64,000 nt of DNA from Candidatus Sulfomarinibacteraceae bacterium (GCA_963714895.1 CAVQQC010000022.1:94746-158745); one strand, 5' to 3'. Shown: positions 20,227 through 31,877, counted from the stretch's first letter. The notes: generated by a model from the sequence alone, not told the origin. A program made the numbers and translations.

Positions 20227-23200
20227 ACGACAGCCGCAAGGGGCCGCTGGCCTGGTTTGCCGCCAACCACGTGGCGGCCAACATCCTGATGATCTTCATC
20301 CTGGTCTCGGGTGCTTTATCGCTGTTTTCGGTTGTTATCGAGGTTTTCCCCGAGATCGAGACCGACACCGTCACGGTCAGGGTGCCCTACCGAGGCGCCT
20401 CCCCGGCCGAGGCGGAGGAGGGGGTCTGCATCCGCGTCGAGGAGGCCATCGCCTCGATCGAAGGCATCAAACGCATCCGTTCGTCCGCCCAGGAAAACCT
20501 CGGGACGGTGACCGCTGAGCTCGAGGAGGACGCCGATAACCGCAAGGTGCTCGACGACATCAAGGCCGCGGTCGACCGCATCGAGACCTTTCCGGTCGAG
20601 ACCGAGAAACCGGTGGTCTCCGAGGTCGACACCCGCCGCCGTGTCATCACCATCGTGCTCTACGGTGAAGCGTCGGAGAAGACGCTGAAGGCGCTCGCCG
20701 AGAGGGTCCGCGACGAGGTCACCGCCCTCGAAGGCATCTCCCAGGTCGAAATTGCCGGAGTCCGCAACTATGAGATCTCCATTGAAGTGTCGGAGGACGC
20801 TCTGCGCCGCTACGGTCTCAGTTTCGAAACCGTCGCGAATGCCGTTTCCATGTCGTCGCTCGACCTCCCTGGTGGAGCGGTCAAGACCCGGGGTGGTGAG
20901 ATCCTGCTGCGGACCAAGGGACAGCTCTACCGCGGTTCGGAGTTCGAGGACATCGTCGTGGTCACGCGACCTGACGGCACCAGGGTGGAGTTGTCAGACG
21001 TAGCCACCGTGATCGACGGGTTTGAGGACACCGACACTGCGACCCGGTTCGACGGCAAGCGAGCGGCACTTATCCAGGTCTACCGGGTCGGCGACGAGGG
21101 CGCCCTGAACGTGGCCGGGACCACCAAGGAGTATCTTGCCGACCTCGCACCGGAACTGCCGGCGGGGGTCTCCGTCGACACCTGGGACGACGACTCCATC
21201 ATCCTCAAACAGCGCATCGGTCTGCTGCTCCGTAACGCCCGGCTCGGTCTTTTCCTGGTCTTCATCTGTCTCGCGCTCTTCCTCAACACCAGGCTCGCCT
21301 TCTGGACCACCATGGGGATCCCGATCTCCTTTCTCGGTGGTCTGTGGCTGCTTCCCTATGCCGACGTCACCATCAACATGATTTCGCTCTTTGCATTCAT
21401 CGTCGTCCTCGGCATCGTGGTGGACGACGCAATCGTTGTCGGCGAAAACATCTTCAACTATCTCGAAGCCGGTATGAAACCGATTGATGCGGCCATTACC
21501 GGCGTCCGCGAAATGGCGATGCCGGTGACTTTCGCCATCATCACCACGGTGGCCGCCTTCGCGCCGCTGCTCTTCGTGGCCGGCACGATGGGCAAGATCA
21601 TGCGGCAGATCCCGGTCGTGGTGATCGCGGTCCTCCTGATGTCGTTGGTCGAAGCTCTGTTGATTCTCCCGGCCCACCTTTCCGGCGAGGGAAGGATCTT
21701 CAACCGGATCGTCGGGCCGTTCCTCGGACCGGTCGAGCGGGTGCAAAGCAGGGTTCAGGACCTTCTTCAGCGCTGGATCAGGGGGCCGTATCGGAAGAGC
21801 CTCGCATTCGCTCTCGAGTGGCGGTACCTGACGGTGGCAGTTGCCCTGGTCTTTTTGATCCTGAGTGCGTCGATGGTGGTCGGTGGGTTCCTGAAGTTCA
21901 GCTTCATGCCGCGGGTGGATTCCGACAACATGGTCGCCTCGCTGACCATGCCGCAGGGGACGCCGGTCTCTCAGACCGAGACGATTCTGGCGCGGATCGA
22001 AGCCGCCGCGGAGGTTCTCGCCCGCGACCACGACGAGGCGCAGCCGGACGGCTCGCCTTCGATCATCCGCCACATCTCGACCACCGTCGGGCAGCAGCCC
22101 TCGTCCGCCGGAGGAGGGCCGACGGCCCAACGCGTCTCGGGTGGCGATTCGTCCCACGTCGGAGAGGTCAACGTCGAGCTGCTGGGGGCGGAGGATCGCG
22201 ATGTGGGCTCCGCTGAGTTGGTCAGCCGCTGGCGCGAAATCGTCGGCGAGGTGCCGGGAGCGGTCTCGCTGACCTTCAAGGCGAACATGTTCTCCGCCGG
22301 CGATCCGGTCAGCGTCCAGCTGGCCCACCGCAATTTCGACACGCTGCTCGCGGCGGTCGATCGGCTCAAGGTCATCATCGCCGAATACCCCGGCACCAAG
22401 GACGTGGCGGACTCGTTCCTGCCCGGAAAGAAGGAACTCAAGCTGACGTTGACGCCCGAGGGCCGGGCGGCGGGTCTGACCTTGTCGGATCTCGCGCGCC
22501 AGGTTCGCGCGGGCTTCTACGGCCAGGAGGTGCAGCGGATCCAGCGCGGCCGCGACGACATTCGGGTGATGGTTCGCTATCCCGAGGCCGAGCGGCAGTC
22601 GCGAGGCGACATCGACGAGATGCGGGTGCGGCTTCCCGGCGGCGCCGAGGTCCCCTTTGGGACGGTGGCGGTGGTCGAGGAGGGTCGCGGCTATGCGGTC
22701 ATCAACCGCACCGACCGGCGCAGGGTGGTGACCGTCAGCTCCGATGTCGAGGAGGCGGTGGCCAACGCCAACGAGATCTCGAGCGACCTGCGCGCCAAGG
22801 TTCTGCCCGCCCTGGCCAGGGACTATCCGGGTCTGACCTTCGACTTCGAGGGCGAGCAGCGCCAGCAGAAGGAGTCGCTGGACAGCATGAAGATCAACTT
22901 CCTGGTTGCGCAGTTGGCGATCTTCGCCCTGCTGGCCATTCCCTTCAAGTCCTACTCGCAGCCGCTGATCATCATGTCGGCGATCCCCTTCGGGCTGGTC
23001 GGCGCGGTCTTCGGCCACATGGTGATGGGGCTCGATCTGACCATGCTGTCGATGTTCGGGATGGTCGCCCTGACCGGTGTCGTCGTCAACGATTCGCTGA
23101 TCCTGGTCGACCTCATCAACCGCATGCGGGCCGAGGGCGCGACGGTCGATCAGGCGATCCGCGAATCGGGCGAACGCCGCTTCCGGCCGATCATGCTGAC

Positions 23201-23432
23201 GACCGCGACGACCTTTCTCGGTCTGACCCCGATGATCTTCGAGACCAGCATGCAGGCCAGGTTCCTGATCCCGATGGCGGTGAGCCTGGGCTACGGCATC
23301 GTCTTCGCCACCGCGATCACCTTGATCCTGATCCCGACCCTGTACCGCATTCTCGAGGACCTGAAGAGCTGGGTCGGGGCGACGACCGAAGAGGTCAGGG
23401 TGAGCCGGCAGGTGACGACGGCGGAAGGCTGA
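20223..23432 (+). CDS. RND efflux transporter permease (AcrB/AcrD/AcrF family)
   Basis: 1069 aa, 12-TM/2-loop architecture. VVLGIVVDDAIVVGENI and ALTGVVVNDSLILVD motifs. Confidence 0.93.
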   Translation: MNDSRKGPLAWFAANHVAANILMIFILVSGALSLFSVVIEVFPEIETDTVTVRVPYRGASPAEAEEGVCIRVEEAIASIEGIKRIRSSAQENLGTVTAELEEDADNRKVLDDIKAAVDRIETFPVETEKPVVSEVDTRRRVITIVLYGEASEKTLKALAERVRDEVTALEGISQVEIAGVRNYEISIEVSEDALRRYGLSFETVANAVSMSSLDLPGGAVKTRGGEILLRTKGQLYRGSEFEDIVVVTRPDGTRVELSDVATVIDGFEDTDTATRFDGKRAALIQVYRVGDEGALNVAGTTKEYLADLAPELPAGVSVDTWDDDSIILKQRIGLLLRNARLGLFLVFICLALFLNTRLAFWTTMGIPISFLGGLWLLPYADVTINMISLFAFIVVLGIVVDDAIVVGENIFNYLEAGMKPIDAAITGVREMAMPVTFAIITTVAAFAPLLFVAGTMGKIMRQIPVVVIAVLLMSLVEALLILPAHLSGEGRIFNRIVGPFLGPVERVQSRVQDLLQRWIRGPYRKSLAFALEWRYLTVAVALVFLILSASMVVGGFLKFSFMPRVDSDNMVASLTMPQGTPVSQTETILARIEAAAEVLARDHDEAQPDGSPSIIRHISTTVGQQPSSAGGGPTAQRVSGGDSSHVGEVNVELLGAEDRDVGSAELVSRWREIVGEVPGAVSLTFKANMFSAGDPVSVQLAHRNFDTLLAAVDRLKVIIAEYPGTKDVADSFLPGKKELKLTLTPEGRAAGLTLSDLARQVRAGFYGQEVQRIQRGRDDIRVMVRYPEAERQSRGDIDEMRVRLPGGAEVPFGTVAVVEEGRGYAVINRTDRRRVVTVSSDVEEAVANANEISSDLRAKVLPALARDYPGLTFDFEGEQRQQKESLDSMKINFLVAQLAIFALLAIPFKSYSQPLIIMSAIPFGLVGAVFGHMVMGLDLTMLSMFGMVALTGVVVNDSLILVDLINRMRAEGATVDQAIRESGERRFRPIMLTTATTFLGLTPMIFETSMQARFLIPMAVSLGYGIVFATAITLILIPTLYRILEDLKSWVGATTEEVRVSRQVTTAEG

Positions 23433-23433
23433 A

Positions 23434-23490
23434 GAATTCGGAATTCGGAATTAGGAATTTGTGAATTTCGGATTTCGGATTTCGGATTTT
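23434..23490. repeat. Tandem heptamers (GAATTCG)n followed by (ATTTCGG)n
   Basis: gaattcggaattcggaattaggaatttgtgaatttcggatttcggatttcggatttt. Confidence 0.85.
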
Positions 23491-23550
23491 CCATCACACT
23501 CCCTACGAGAAAGTCAGAGTGCTCACGACGGAAAGCCGTGCGGATACGAG

Positions 23551-23668
23551 TCGCGTGCGGCGGCGGTGCCATTTTTGACATTGTCGGAAGCTCGACGGCG
23601 CCCGTCGGCTGGTCGTTCCGGGCAGACAATGTCAAAGGTGGCTCCGCACGGGAAGCGAGCTCGGAAGG
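23551..23668 (+). other. Conserved structured element, copy A (candidate ncRNA or mosaic repeat)
   Basis: Shares cgcgtgcggcggNggtgccatt...attgtcgg...gacaatgt..aggtggctcc.cgggaagcgagc with 31980-32095. Long helix 23568-23587/23625-23642 with compensatory changes relative to copy B. Confidence 0.5.
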
Positions 23669-23879
23669 TCATGTTCGGTGGCGGGACATTGACGGTCCAG
23701 CCGATTGAGGCGTCGGTGGTGGCAGGCCCTGAAGGACCTGCCTACGGCTTTCAGAAGGGCCATCGAAGGCACGCGGGGCGCGTGCCTCACAGTTGCTCCG
23801 GGTCCCTTTTGTGGGGCAGCCGTCCCGGCTGCCATAGGCACGGGTTTTTCTCGAGCCGTGAACGCAACCGGAACATGAT

Positions 23880-26800
23880 TTGCAGGTATATAGGTTATAT
23901 GTATGTGCGGCGATCATGGTGATGGTTCGGGGAGGTTTGGTGCGAACAACTCAGTTGAGTTTCTTTGTGCTCGCTGCGGTCTCGGCTGTCGCTCGTTTGC
24001 GGCGGCGGCGGGGCCGGCGATTCTCACGGCGCCGCTCGGGTCTGGTCAACGGCGTGATCGAGGTCGAGGTCGACCTCGGTGGCTCGACCGAACCGGCGAC
24101 CCTGTATCTCGACGGCGTCGAGGCGTGTGCGCCGACCGCCGCCGAACCGACCTGCCGCGTTGATCTCGGTCCCGGCCTTCACGTCCACCTGCTGGAATTG
24201 GTGGTGACGGGGACCGACGGGCCGCGTGCAGCGGGTGGAGCGTTGGCTCAATCGCCCGGGCCACGAGGCCGACCTCGAGATCGAGCTCGCGTCGCGACCG
24301 ATCGGCAACGTCTGCGGCGGCCGGCTCAACTGGTTCGACGTCCACGGGCGACAGCCCGCCGCCCTCGAGGCGGAGGCAGCCGGCGAGCGCATGGCGGTGT
24401 CGCCCGACACCAGGACCTTCGGTTATCCCTGCGCCGAGGTCGGCTCGACCGAGGTGGTGACCGCGGAGGTCGTGTTCGACGACGGACGGCGGGCGGCGCG
24501 GTGGCGCTGACCACCGACAGCGGGAGATCGGCCGGCAGCGAACCGCAATCGCTGGTCCTCGAGGCGGCGTCGTCCGGGACCGATCCCTGTGCACCGGCGT
24601 AGCGACCGTCACCGGCGCCGTCCCCGGTGCGGAGCCGCAAGGGTTCGAGGTGGCCTTCGTGCTCGATCCCACGGTGGACGCCGCGGCGCTCGCGGGGCTC
24701 GGCGGCGGTGGGATGACCTCCGCGTGGGACCTCGCGACGACCGCCCTGTCCGACGCCGACCGCTTGTGGTACGTGCGGCCCGACAGTTCCCTGGAGCGGA
24801 TCGACGGTTTTGCCGGGGGCAGGGACATCTGGCTCGGCGGCTTTTTTCAACTCGCCTCGAGCCCGGCGCCCGCCGAATTGCGTCTGGCCGATGCGGTGGC
24901 AACGGCGGGGCTGACCGCCGGCGCCGCTCCTCGCCGACGGGCGGTGGTGCTGGTTCTTGCATCCGGCCAGTCCGCAGACACGAGCCGTTTTTCGGTCGCG
25001 CAGGTGAGGTCATACCTCGCCGAAATCGGGGTGCCGCTGCAGGTCATCCGTACCGAGCGAGGCCCGCTCGGACGGCTGGCCGACGGGCGTCGAGGCGGGT
25101 TCTCTCGATGGGTTCGCGGTTGCCCTCGAAGGCATCAGGGACCGGATCGATGCTCAATGCGTCGCGTGGTTTCCCGCCCTGCTGGAGCAGCGGCAGATCG
25201 CGGCGTTGCTCCCTCGAGGCGTCGCGGTTGCGGGGCGGAGCGACAGCGGTAGCAGTGGCGAACCGGTGTGGCGGCGGGCGGATCTGACCGGTACCGCGTC
25301 CGACAGCCAGCCGAACTCGGGCGAGCCGTTCGAGGGCGAGCAGGTCGAGGTGACGGCCGTCGAGGTGCTGGTCAGAGCGCACGACGGCAAGGGCAACCCG
25401 ATCACCGATCTCGATCGCCGGGGACCTCCAGGTCGCCGAGGACGGCAACACCGTGCCCGTGCTGCAGTTGGAGGCGATCAATTCGCTCGGATGATCCGTC
25501 GAGACGCCGCCGGCGGCCGCCGCAACCAAACCTCAGGCGCCGCTGCCGGCCCGCAAGATCGTTCCGGTTTCGATCTACGTCGAACGCCGGCTCTCGGGTG
25601 CGACCGATATCCAGCCCGCCATCAACGCGCTGAAGGACCAGGCGGACTGGTTGACCTCCCTCGGCCCGGTCGACATCGTGGTCGCCGAGAGCGGGATCGA
25701 GCCCGTTCTCGTGGGCGCGACCGATCCCGAGGTGGTTCGAAATGCTCTCGACGAAGTGAACTCCCTGCCGTCCCACGGTCACGCCATCGAACGCATCCGC
25801 ACCGACTATCTGCGCTACATCCGGGTCTACCCGGACCGCGGCCAGACCTCGCAGTCGGACGCGTCCGAACCTGCGGCAGGCGGATCCTCTTCATCGAGCA
25901 CCCCGGACAACCGGCTTCGGGTCCGCACCATGACCATCGCCCGGACGGCCATCTTCGAAGAGGATGCGCTGCTGACCAGCACCATGGAGCGGATGAACGA
26001 CTGGGCATTGGGGTTGCAGTCCTCCGGGCCGCGGCTCCTGTTCCTCGTGGGGACCGGTTTTGACGAGGACCCGATCGATTTCTACCTGCGCTTTCTCGAG
26101 CAGAAGGACCCCTCGCTCGGGACCGCGGCGCGCGCCGAGTTCATCCGCTACAACCAGGCGGCCCGGGTCGGTTCGGTGGGACGCGAACTGGCGGCCGCCG
26201 GTTGGATGGTGGTTCCGGTCGCGACGCGGATCGCCGGGCAGCAGCGATCGTCGGCGGAGTTTTCGGGCGGCGAGACCTTCCAGTCGTTCATGGGGGTCGG
26301 GGACTCGAACTACCTCCGCGCTGTGGACTTCATGTTGCTGGATCCGCTGGGTTCGCAGCAGCACCTGGCCGAGCCGAGCGGCGGCAAGGTGGTGCTCGGC
26401 GGTGGCGGTCTGAAGAAGCTGATTTCAGAGAGTGCCGGGTGGTACCGGTTGACCTACCAGGTCGCGCGGGCGCCGGACGGGGTGCTGCACGAAGTCGCGG
26501 TCACCAGCGATCGCTCCGAGGTCTCGGTCGAGAGCACCGGCGTGGTGGTGTCGGGCACGTCCGAAGGTCGGGCGGCCATGCGGTTGCGCAAGCTGCTCGA
26601 CGACCCGTCGGCTGCGGGCGAACTGCCGGTGCGGGTGGATGTGGGACCGGCGCGTCCGACCGACGGCAATGTGGTCGAGGCGTCGCTGATCGCCAGCGTC
26701 GAACTGGCTCCGATCGCGCCGCTCTTCTCCGCGGATGGCGCACGCGCCCTGCGCTTTTCGATCGGCGTCCGCTCGGGGCCGGGCGTGCCCTTCGTCTCCC

Positions 26801-26949
26801 ACTCGGTGGTCACGGCGACCGGGGCCGTCGGCGGCATGCAGTTCGAAGCCCCCATCCAGTGGTCGGGCGATGACGCCGAGTTGGCGGTGGTCGTCGAGGA
26901 CCTGGGATCGGGAGCGTGGGGGGGAACCGTCAGTCGGCTCACGAACTGA
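23880..26949 (+). pseudogene. Large secreted protein with VWA-like modules (resembles the VWFA-related Acidobacterial domain family); several frameshifts as assembled
   Basis: Fragments in three frames join sensibly (VIEVEVDLGG...; GFEVAFVLDPTVDAA...VVLVLASGQSADTSRFS; GEQVEVTAVEVLVRAHDGKGNPITDLDRRDLQVAEDGNTVPV; IVPVSIYVERRLSG...). Longest intact piece is 25651-26949. Confidence 0.4.
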
Positions 26950-26968
26950 CCGGCACGCAGGCGACCGG

Positions 26969-27001
<33 letters not shown>

Positions 27002-27063
27002 GGCGGCCCACTCACGCGCCCCTCCGAAACACAGCAGCTTCGCTCCGCGTGCTCATGACGATC

Positions 27064-27146
27064 CTGAAGGTGGGCCAAGGCCCACCCTACTTTGGACCCA
27101 AACCTCGAGTCGAATTGTAGGGTGGGCTTCAGCCCACCTTCAGAGC
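27064..27146. repeat. REPIN-like doublet: two inverted copies of the GTAGGGTGGGC...GCCCACC REP
   Basis: ctgaaggtgggccaaggcccaccctac (27064-27090) and gtagggtgggcttcagcccaccttcagag (27118-27146) are reverse complements of each other. Confidence 0.75.
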
Positions 27147-27200
27147 TGTCGGCCGTGATTCGAGCGGTAATTTTCGGCGCTGGTCGGCTCAATCCTCAAG

Positions 27201-27611
27201 TCAACCCAAGCCCCAAGCCCCTAAAACTGTCGACCCCGGTCCGGTCGGAAGACGTTTTGGTAGTGGCGGACGCGCCACGGGAAGCAATCCGCCGATCCGT
27301 TCGATGGTGACGAGATCGAAACGGCACGGCCGGTCCCACAGCGAGAACCGGCCGAGATAGGCGGCCGAGACCCGGGTCAGGATCCTTTTCTTTTTGTCGT
27401 CGAGCGCGGCGGCGGCGCCGCCGAAGTCATCGCTCGATCGCGCCTTGACCTCGACGAAGACGATCTCGCCGCGGCGCTCCATCACCAGGTCGAGCTCGCC
27501 GCCGGCGCCGCGCCAGTTGCGGTGGCGCAGCCGGTAGCCCTTGCCGAGGAGCAATAGCAGCGCGAACCACTCGGCGGTACGTCCGAAATGGTGGCGGCGG
27601 AGCGGGGACAT
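27201..27611 (-). CDS. yraN: YraN family endonuclease (UPF0102)
   Basis: GRTAEWFALLLLLGKGYRLRHRNWRGAGGELDLVMERRGEIVFVEVKARS...CRFDLVTI. The C-terminal tail runs into the AAGCCCC repeat. Confidence 0.8.
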   Translation of the reverse strand: MSPLRRHHFGRTAEWFALLLLLGKGYRLRHRNWRGAGGELDLVMERRGEIVFVEVKARSSDDFGGAAAALDDKKKRILTRVSAAYLGRFSLWDRPCRFDLVTIERIGGLLPVARPPLPKRLPTGPGSTVLGAWGLG

Positions 27612-27659
27612 GGGTGGATTGTAGTGCCCCCTGAAGATCCTCGCTGGAATGTGCAGGCG

Positions 27660-27734
27660 GGACGCCCGCACCACAAGTCCGAACGGATCGTGGAGACGGA
27701 ATTGTGGGGCACGCGTCTCGCGGCCGAAACCGTT
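27660..27734. repeat. Paired inverted hairpins: GTGCAGGCGGGACGCCCGCAC-CACAA ... TTGTGG-GGCACGCGTCTCGCGGCC
   Basis: Same architecture at 29350-29417 and 52896-52971, and a single unit at 23811-23833. Stems differ but stay complementary. The GGGAC/GTCCC loop and CCACAA tail are conserved. Confidence 0.7.
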
Positions 27735-27745
27735 ATCATGCGCCG

Positions 27746-28774
27746 GTGCGAACCGATGATTTCGACTTCGATCTCCCTCAGGAGCTGATCGCGCAACACC
27801 CGGCGCCGCGGGGCACTTCGCGGTTGATGGTGCTCGATCGTGCCTCGGGTGCGGTGAGCCATCGCGATGTGAGCTGCCTGCCGGAGCTGTTGCGCCCCGA
27901 CGATCTGCTGCTGCTCAACGACACCCGGGTGATCCCGGCGCGGCTCTTCGCCCACCGCCCGACGGGGCGGAAGTTCGAGCTGCTGCTCCTGCGGCAGATC
28001 GACGGCGGCGAGTGGGAGGCGCTGCTGCGGCCCTCCGCCCGGGCCCGCACCGGCGAGCGGCTGGAGCTGGCCGACGGTGGTGCAGTGATTCCGGCCGAGC
28101 GAAGAGGGGAGGGCCGGTGGCTTGTCCGTTTCGACCCGGTCCTCGACCTCGAGCGGCTCGACCGCCTCGGTGAGATGCCGCTGCCGCCCTATATCGAGCG
28201 CCCCGAGGGCGGAGTCGACGAGGATCGAACCACCTACCAGACGGTCTACGCCGCCAACCCGGGCGCGGTGGCCGCGCCGACCGCCGGTCTCCACTTCACG
28301 GGCGAACTGCTCGACACGATCCGCGCGGCGGGCGTCGAGATCGCCTTTCTGACCCTCCACGTCGGTCTCGGCACCTTCCGCCCGGTGAAGGTCGAGGACA
28401 TCGCCGACCACGAGATGCACGAGGAGTGGTTCAACGTCTCAGAGGCCACGGCGGCGGCGGTCAATCGCGCTCTCGACCAGGGGCGCCGGATCGTCTGCGT
28501 CGGCACCACCTCGGTGCGCGCTCTCGAAGGGGCGCTGGCGGTGGGGGAGGGCCGGCTGCAACCGGGCGACGGGTGGACCCGGATCTTCATCACACCCGGC
28601 TTCGAATTTCGCGGCGCCGGCGCCCTGCTCACCAACTTCCACCTGCCGCGCTCGACCCTGCTGATGATGATCAGCGCCTTCGCCGGCCGCGACCACGTCC
28701 TTGCCGCCTACGCCGAGGCCGTCGCCGAGCGCTACCGTTTCTTCTCCTACGGCGACGCGATGTTCATCGGGTAA
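27746..28774 (+). CDS. queA: S-adenosylmethionine:tRNA ribosyltransferase-isomerase
   Basis: DFDFDLPQELIAQHP, LLLNDTRVIPARL, GEMPLPPYI, AAPTAGLHFT, VGTTSVRALE, TNFHLPRSTLLMM, FFSYGDAMFI. Confidence 0.93.
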   Translation: MRTDDFDFDLPQELIAQHPAPRGTSRLMVLDRASGAVSHRDVSCLPELLRPDDLLLLNDTRVIPARLFAHRPTGRKFELLLLRQIDGGEWEALLRPSARARTGERLELADGGAVIPAERRGEGRWLVRFDPVLDLERLDRLGEMPLPPYIERPEGGVDEDRTTYQTVYAANPGAVAAPTAGLHFTGELLDTIRAAGVEIAFLTLHVGLGTFRPVKVEDIADHEMHEEWFNVSEATAAAVNRALDQGRRIVCVGTTSVRALEGALAVGEGRLQPGDGWTRIFITPGFEFRGAGALLTNFHLPRSTLLMMISAFAGRDHVLAAYAEAVAERYRFFSYGDAMFIG

Positions 28775-29024
28775 AACGCGGCGATCTATGCCGCCTACCA
28801 GGCGTTGATTCAAGGGGGTAGGGGCGGGGCATGCCCCGCCCTGTGTCGCACGATATTCGGCAGTGAACCGCAGCATTCAACAGCGTTGTTAAATTATGTA
28901 TTCAATGTCTTTACCATTGCCAAAGGAAATTGACTGTCAACTCGTGAGGACTCGCGACTGCTGACTGTCAATAAGATCCGGTCCGGCGCCCGGACGCCTT
29001 GGGCAGGTTCCAGAGTGACCCGAG

Positions 29025-29213
29025 TCAGTCGGCATCGTCGCCCGGCTTCTTTGGGTCGGGCGGCGCCTTCCGTTCGTCGTCCTCGCCGAAGATCCGCAGC
29101 GCGGGCGTCTCGAGATCGTCCATCTGACCGCTCCGCACCGACCAGATGAAGGCCATCACCCCGACCAGGGCGAGGAGCAGGGCGATCGGCAGGGCGATGT
29201 AGATGGCTGACAT
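29025..29213 (-). CDS. ccoS: cbb3-type cytochrome oxidase maturation protein CcoS/FixS
   Basis: 62 aa, single TM helix, [41 protein letters not shown]. Confidence 0.85.
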   Translation of the reverse strand: MSAIYIALPIALLLALVGVMAFIWSVRSGQMDDLETPALRIFGEDDERKAPPDPKKPGDDAD

Positions 29214-29234
29214 GGGAGTTTGATTGTAGAGTCA

Positions 29235-29462
<228 letters not shown>

Positions 29463-29468
<6 letters not shown>

Positions 29469-31877
29469 CGTCCGTGCCCGGTACGAACTCAGCACGACCG
29501 TCATCGACTGAGAGCGGCATCAGGATGGCGGCGAGGATCGGGCTCATGTGGCCGGTGATGGCGAAGGCCACGGCGACGATGTTGTAGGCGAGTGAAAACA
29601 CGAGGTTGCGGCGGATGACGCCGAGCGTCCGCCGCGATCCCTCGAGCAGCTCCACCACCGGGGTGAGCCCGGGCCGGCCGAGATAGACATCGGCCGCCGC
29701 CAGCACCGCCTCGGCGCCGCCGTGGACGCCGATGCCGACCGTCGCTGCAGCCAGCGCCGCCGCGTCGTTGACGCCGTCGCCGACCATGGCCACGGTTTCG
29801 TCGCCGCTGTGACCGAACCGCCTCGAGCTTGTCCTCGGGGGTCGCCGCACCGCGCGCTGCCTCGGGCGGCACCCCGACCTGGCGGGCGATCGTCTGCACC
29901 ACCACCGGGTGGTCGCCCGACAGGATCTCCACCCGCCATCCGCCGTCGCGGATCGCCGACGATGGAATCCGGCGGTGTCGGGGCGCAGACGGGTCGCCGA
30001 CCCCAGCGACCGCCAGCGACTCGCGCCGATCGACAGCCGCCACCACCGGGCTCAGACCTTCGGCGGCGAAGGCCGCCACCGCCTCGGCGGCATCTGCCGG
30101 CAGCTCGCCGAGGCTGCGCTCGACGATAGGCCGCCGAGCCGACGATGCATCGCCGGCCGTCGACCACGCCCTCGATTCCGGCGCCGGTGGTCTCGCGGAC
30201 CTCGGTCCGCCTCGAGCGCCGAGCCGTCGCCCAGCCGCCGCCACCAGGGCGCGCGCCACCGGGTGGGCCGAGTGACGCTCCACCGCCGCCACCAGCGGCC
30301 GCAGATCTTCGTCGCCCCACCACCGGATCACCGCCAGCCGGCCCTCGGTGAGGGTCCCGGTCTTGTCGAGGATCATCAGCCCGGGCCGGGCGAGATTCTC
30401 CAGCGCATCGCCGCCCTTGATGAGGATCTTCTTGCGGGCGGCGCGGCCGATGGCGGCGCTCACCGCCAGGGGCGTCGCGAGGCCGAGCGCGCACGGGCAG
30501 CTGACGATCAGCAGCGCCACCGCGTGCTGGATCGCGTTGGCCGGGTCGAGCCGCAACCAGATCACGACCGTGGCCAGCGCCAGCGCCAGCACGATGGCGA
30601 CAAACCACCCCGAGATCCGGTCGGCCAGCAACACCACCGGCGCGCGCCGCTGCGCGCCCTCCTCGACCAGCCGCATCAGGCGGCCCGACGCGGGTGTCTT
30701 CGCCGGTCGACCGCACCTCCACCAGGAGGCGGCGCCGAGAGATTGACGGTGCCCGCGTGCACCGGGTCGCCGGCCACGACCTCCTCGGGCAGCGACTCGC
30801 CGGTGAGCAGCGAGCGGTCGAGCGTCGACGTGCCGTCGATCACGACCCCGTCGGCGGGGATCGAGTCCCCGGCTCGTACCTCGACCACCGCACCCGCCGC
30901 CAGGGACTCGAGCGGGACCTCGCGCACAGCTGTTGCCCTCGACCAGCCGGGCGGTCGACGGCGCCAGCGAGAACATCAGCTCGGTCGAGCTCGCCGCCTT
31001 GAGCTGCTGCCGCCGCTGCAGGAATCGCCCCACCAGCAGAAAGAAGATCAGCGCCGTCACCGACTCGAAGTAGATCTCGCCCGAGCCGCGCACCGTGTTG
31101 ACCGCGCCCTGGGTGAAGCCGGCGAGGATGCCGATGGCGATGGGCAGGTCCATGTGGAGGCTGCGGGTGCGCAGCGCCCCCCACGCGCCGCGGTAGAAGA
31201 CCGATGCGCACCACAAGACCGAGGGCAGGGCGAGACCGAGGCTGACCCAGCGGAAGAGCGTGCTGTACTCGTCGGCGATCGAGTGGAAGTGGCCGCCGTA
31301 GAGAGCGAAGGCGATCAGCATGACGTTGCCGGCGATCGCCCCCGCCACCGCAATGCGAACCAGCAGCGATCGTTCCTCGCGCCGCGCCATGTCGCGCGCC
31401 TCGACCCCGCGGAAGGGGTGGGGGACATAGCCGATGGAGTCGAGGAACCGCGCCACGTCCGAAAGCGGGGTCGTTCGCGGGTCCCAGGTCACCGTGGCCA
31501 GCGCGCGGCCGAGATCGAGGCGGACCTCGGCCACCCCGTCCACCACCACCGTCAGCTTCTCCACCAGCCACACGCAGGCCGCGCAGTGGACCCCCTCGAG
31601 ATAGAGCTCGACGGTCTCGAGCCCCGACGGCAGCGTCCGGCAGTAGAGGCGGTGGAAGGCGGGGTCGTCGAACTCCGAGAACGTCTTGCCCGGAGACCCG
31701 CGCCGCCTGCTCCGGCGCCTCGATCCGCGACTTGATGTCGTAGTAGCCGTCGAGCCCGTGCCCGCGGATCACCTCGTACGCCACCCGGCACCCCGAGCAG
31801 CAGAACTGGTGTTCGGCGCCGTCCTCCACCAGCCCGGCGGGGACCGGCAGACCGCAGTGATCACACTCGACGGACAC
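29463..31877 (-). pseudogene. ccoI: Copper-translocating P-type ATPase CcoI/FixI (at least 5 frameshifts as assembled)
   Basis: N-terminal MSVECDHCGLPV, HMA domain LYLEGVHCAACVWLVE, TGESLP, SCPCALGLATP, ILDKTGTLTEG, MVGDGVNDAAAL and ILMPLS are distributed over three reading frames on the minus strand. Confidence 0.85.

Noticed and set aside
23555-23560. GUGCG at the start of the conserved structured elements (also 31983), suggesting a group II intron 5' end next to an integron (group IIC-attC introns exist).
   Set aside because: No domain V/VI-like sequence, no reverse transcriptase ORF, the elements are only about 115 nt, and they are not located in attC sites.
28955-29000. TTGACTGTCAA palindromes near ccoS resembling FNR/FixK boxes.
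   Set aside because: The half-site spacing is wrong (TTGAC-N1-GTCAA versus TTGAT-N4-ATCAA), and they lie downstream of ccoS rather than upstream of a cco promoter.
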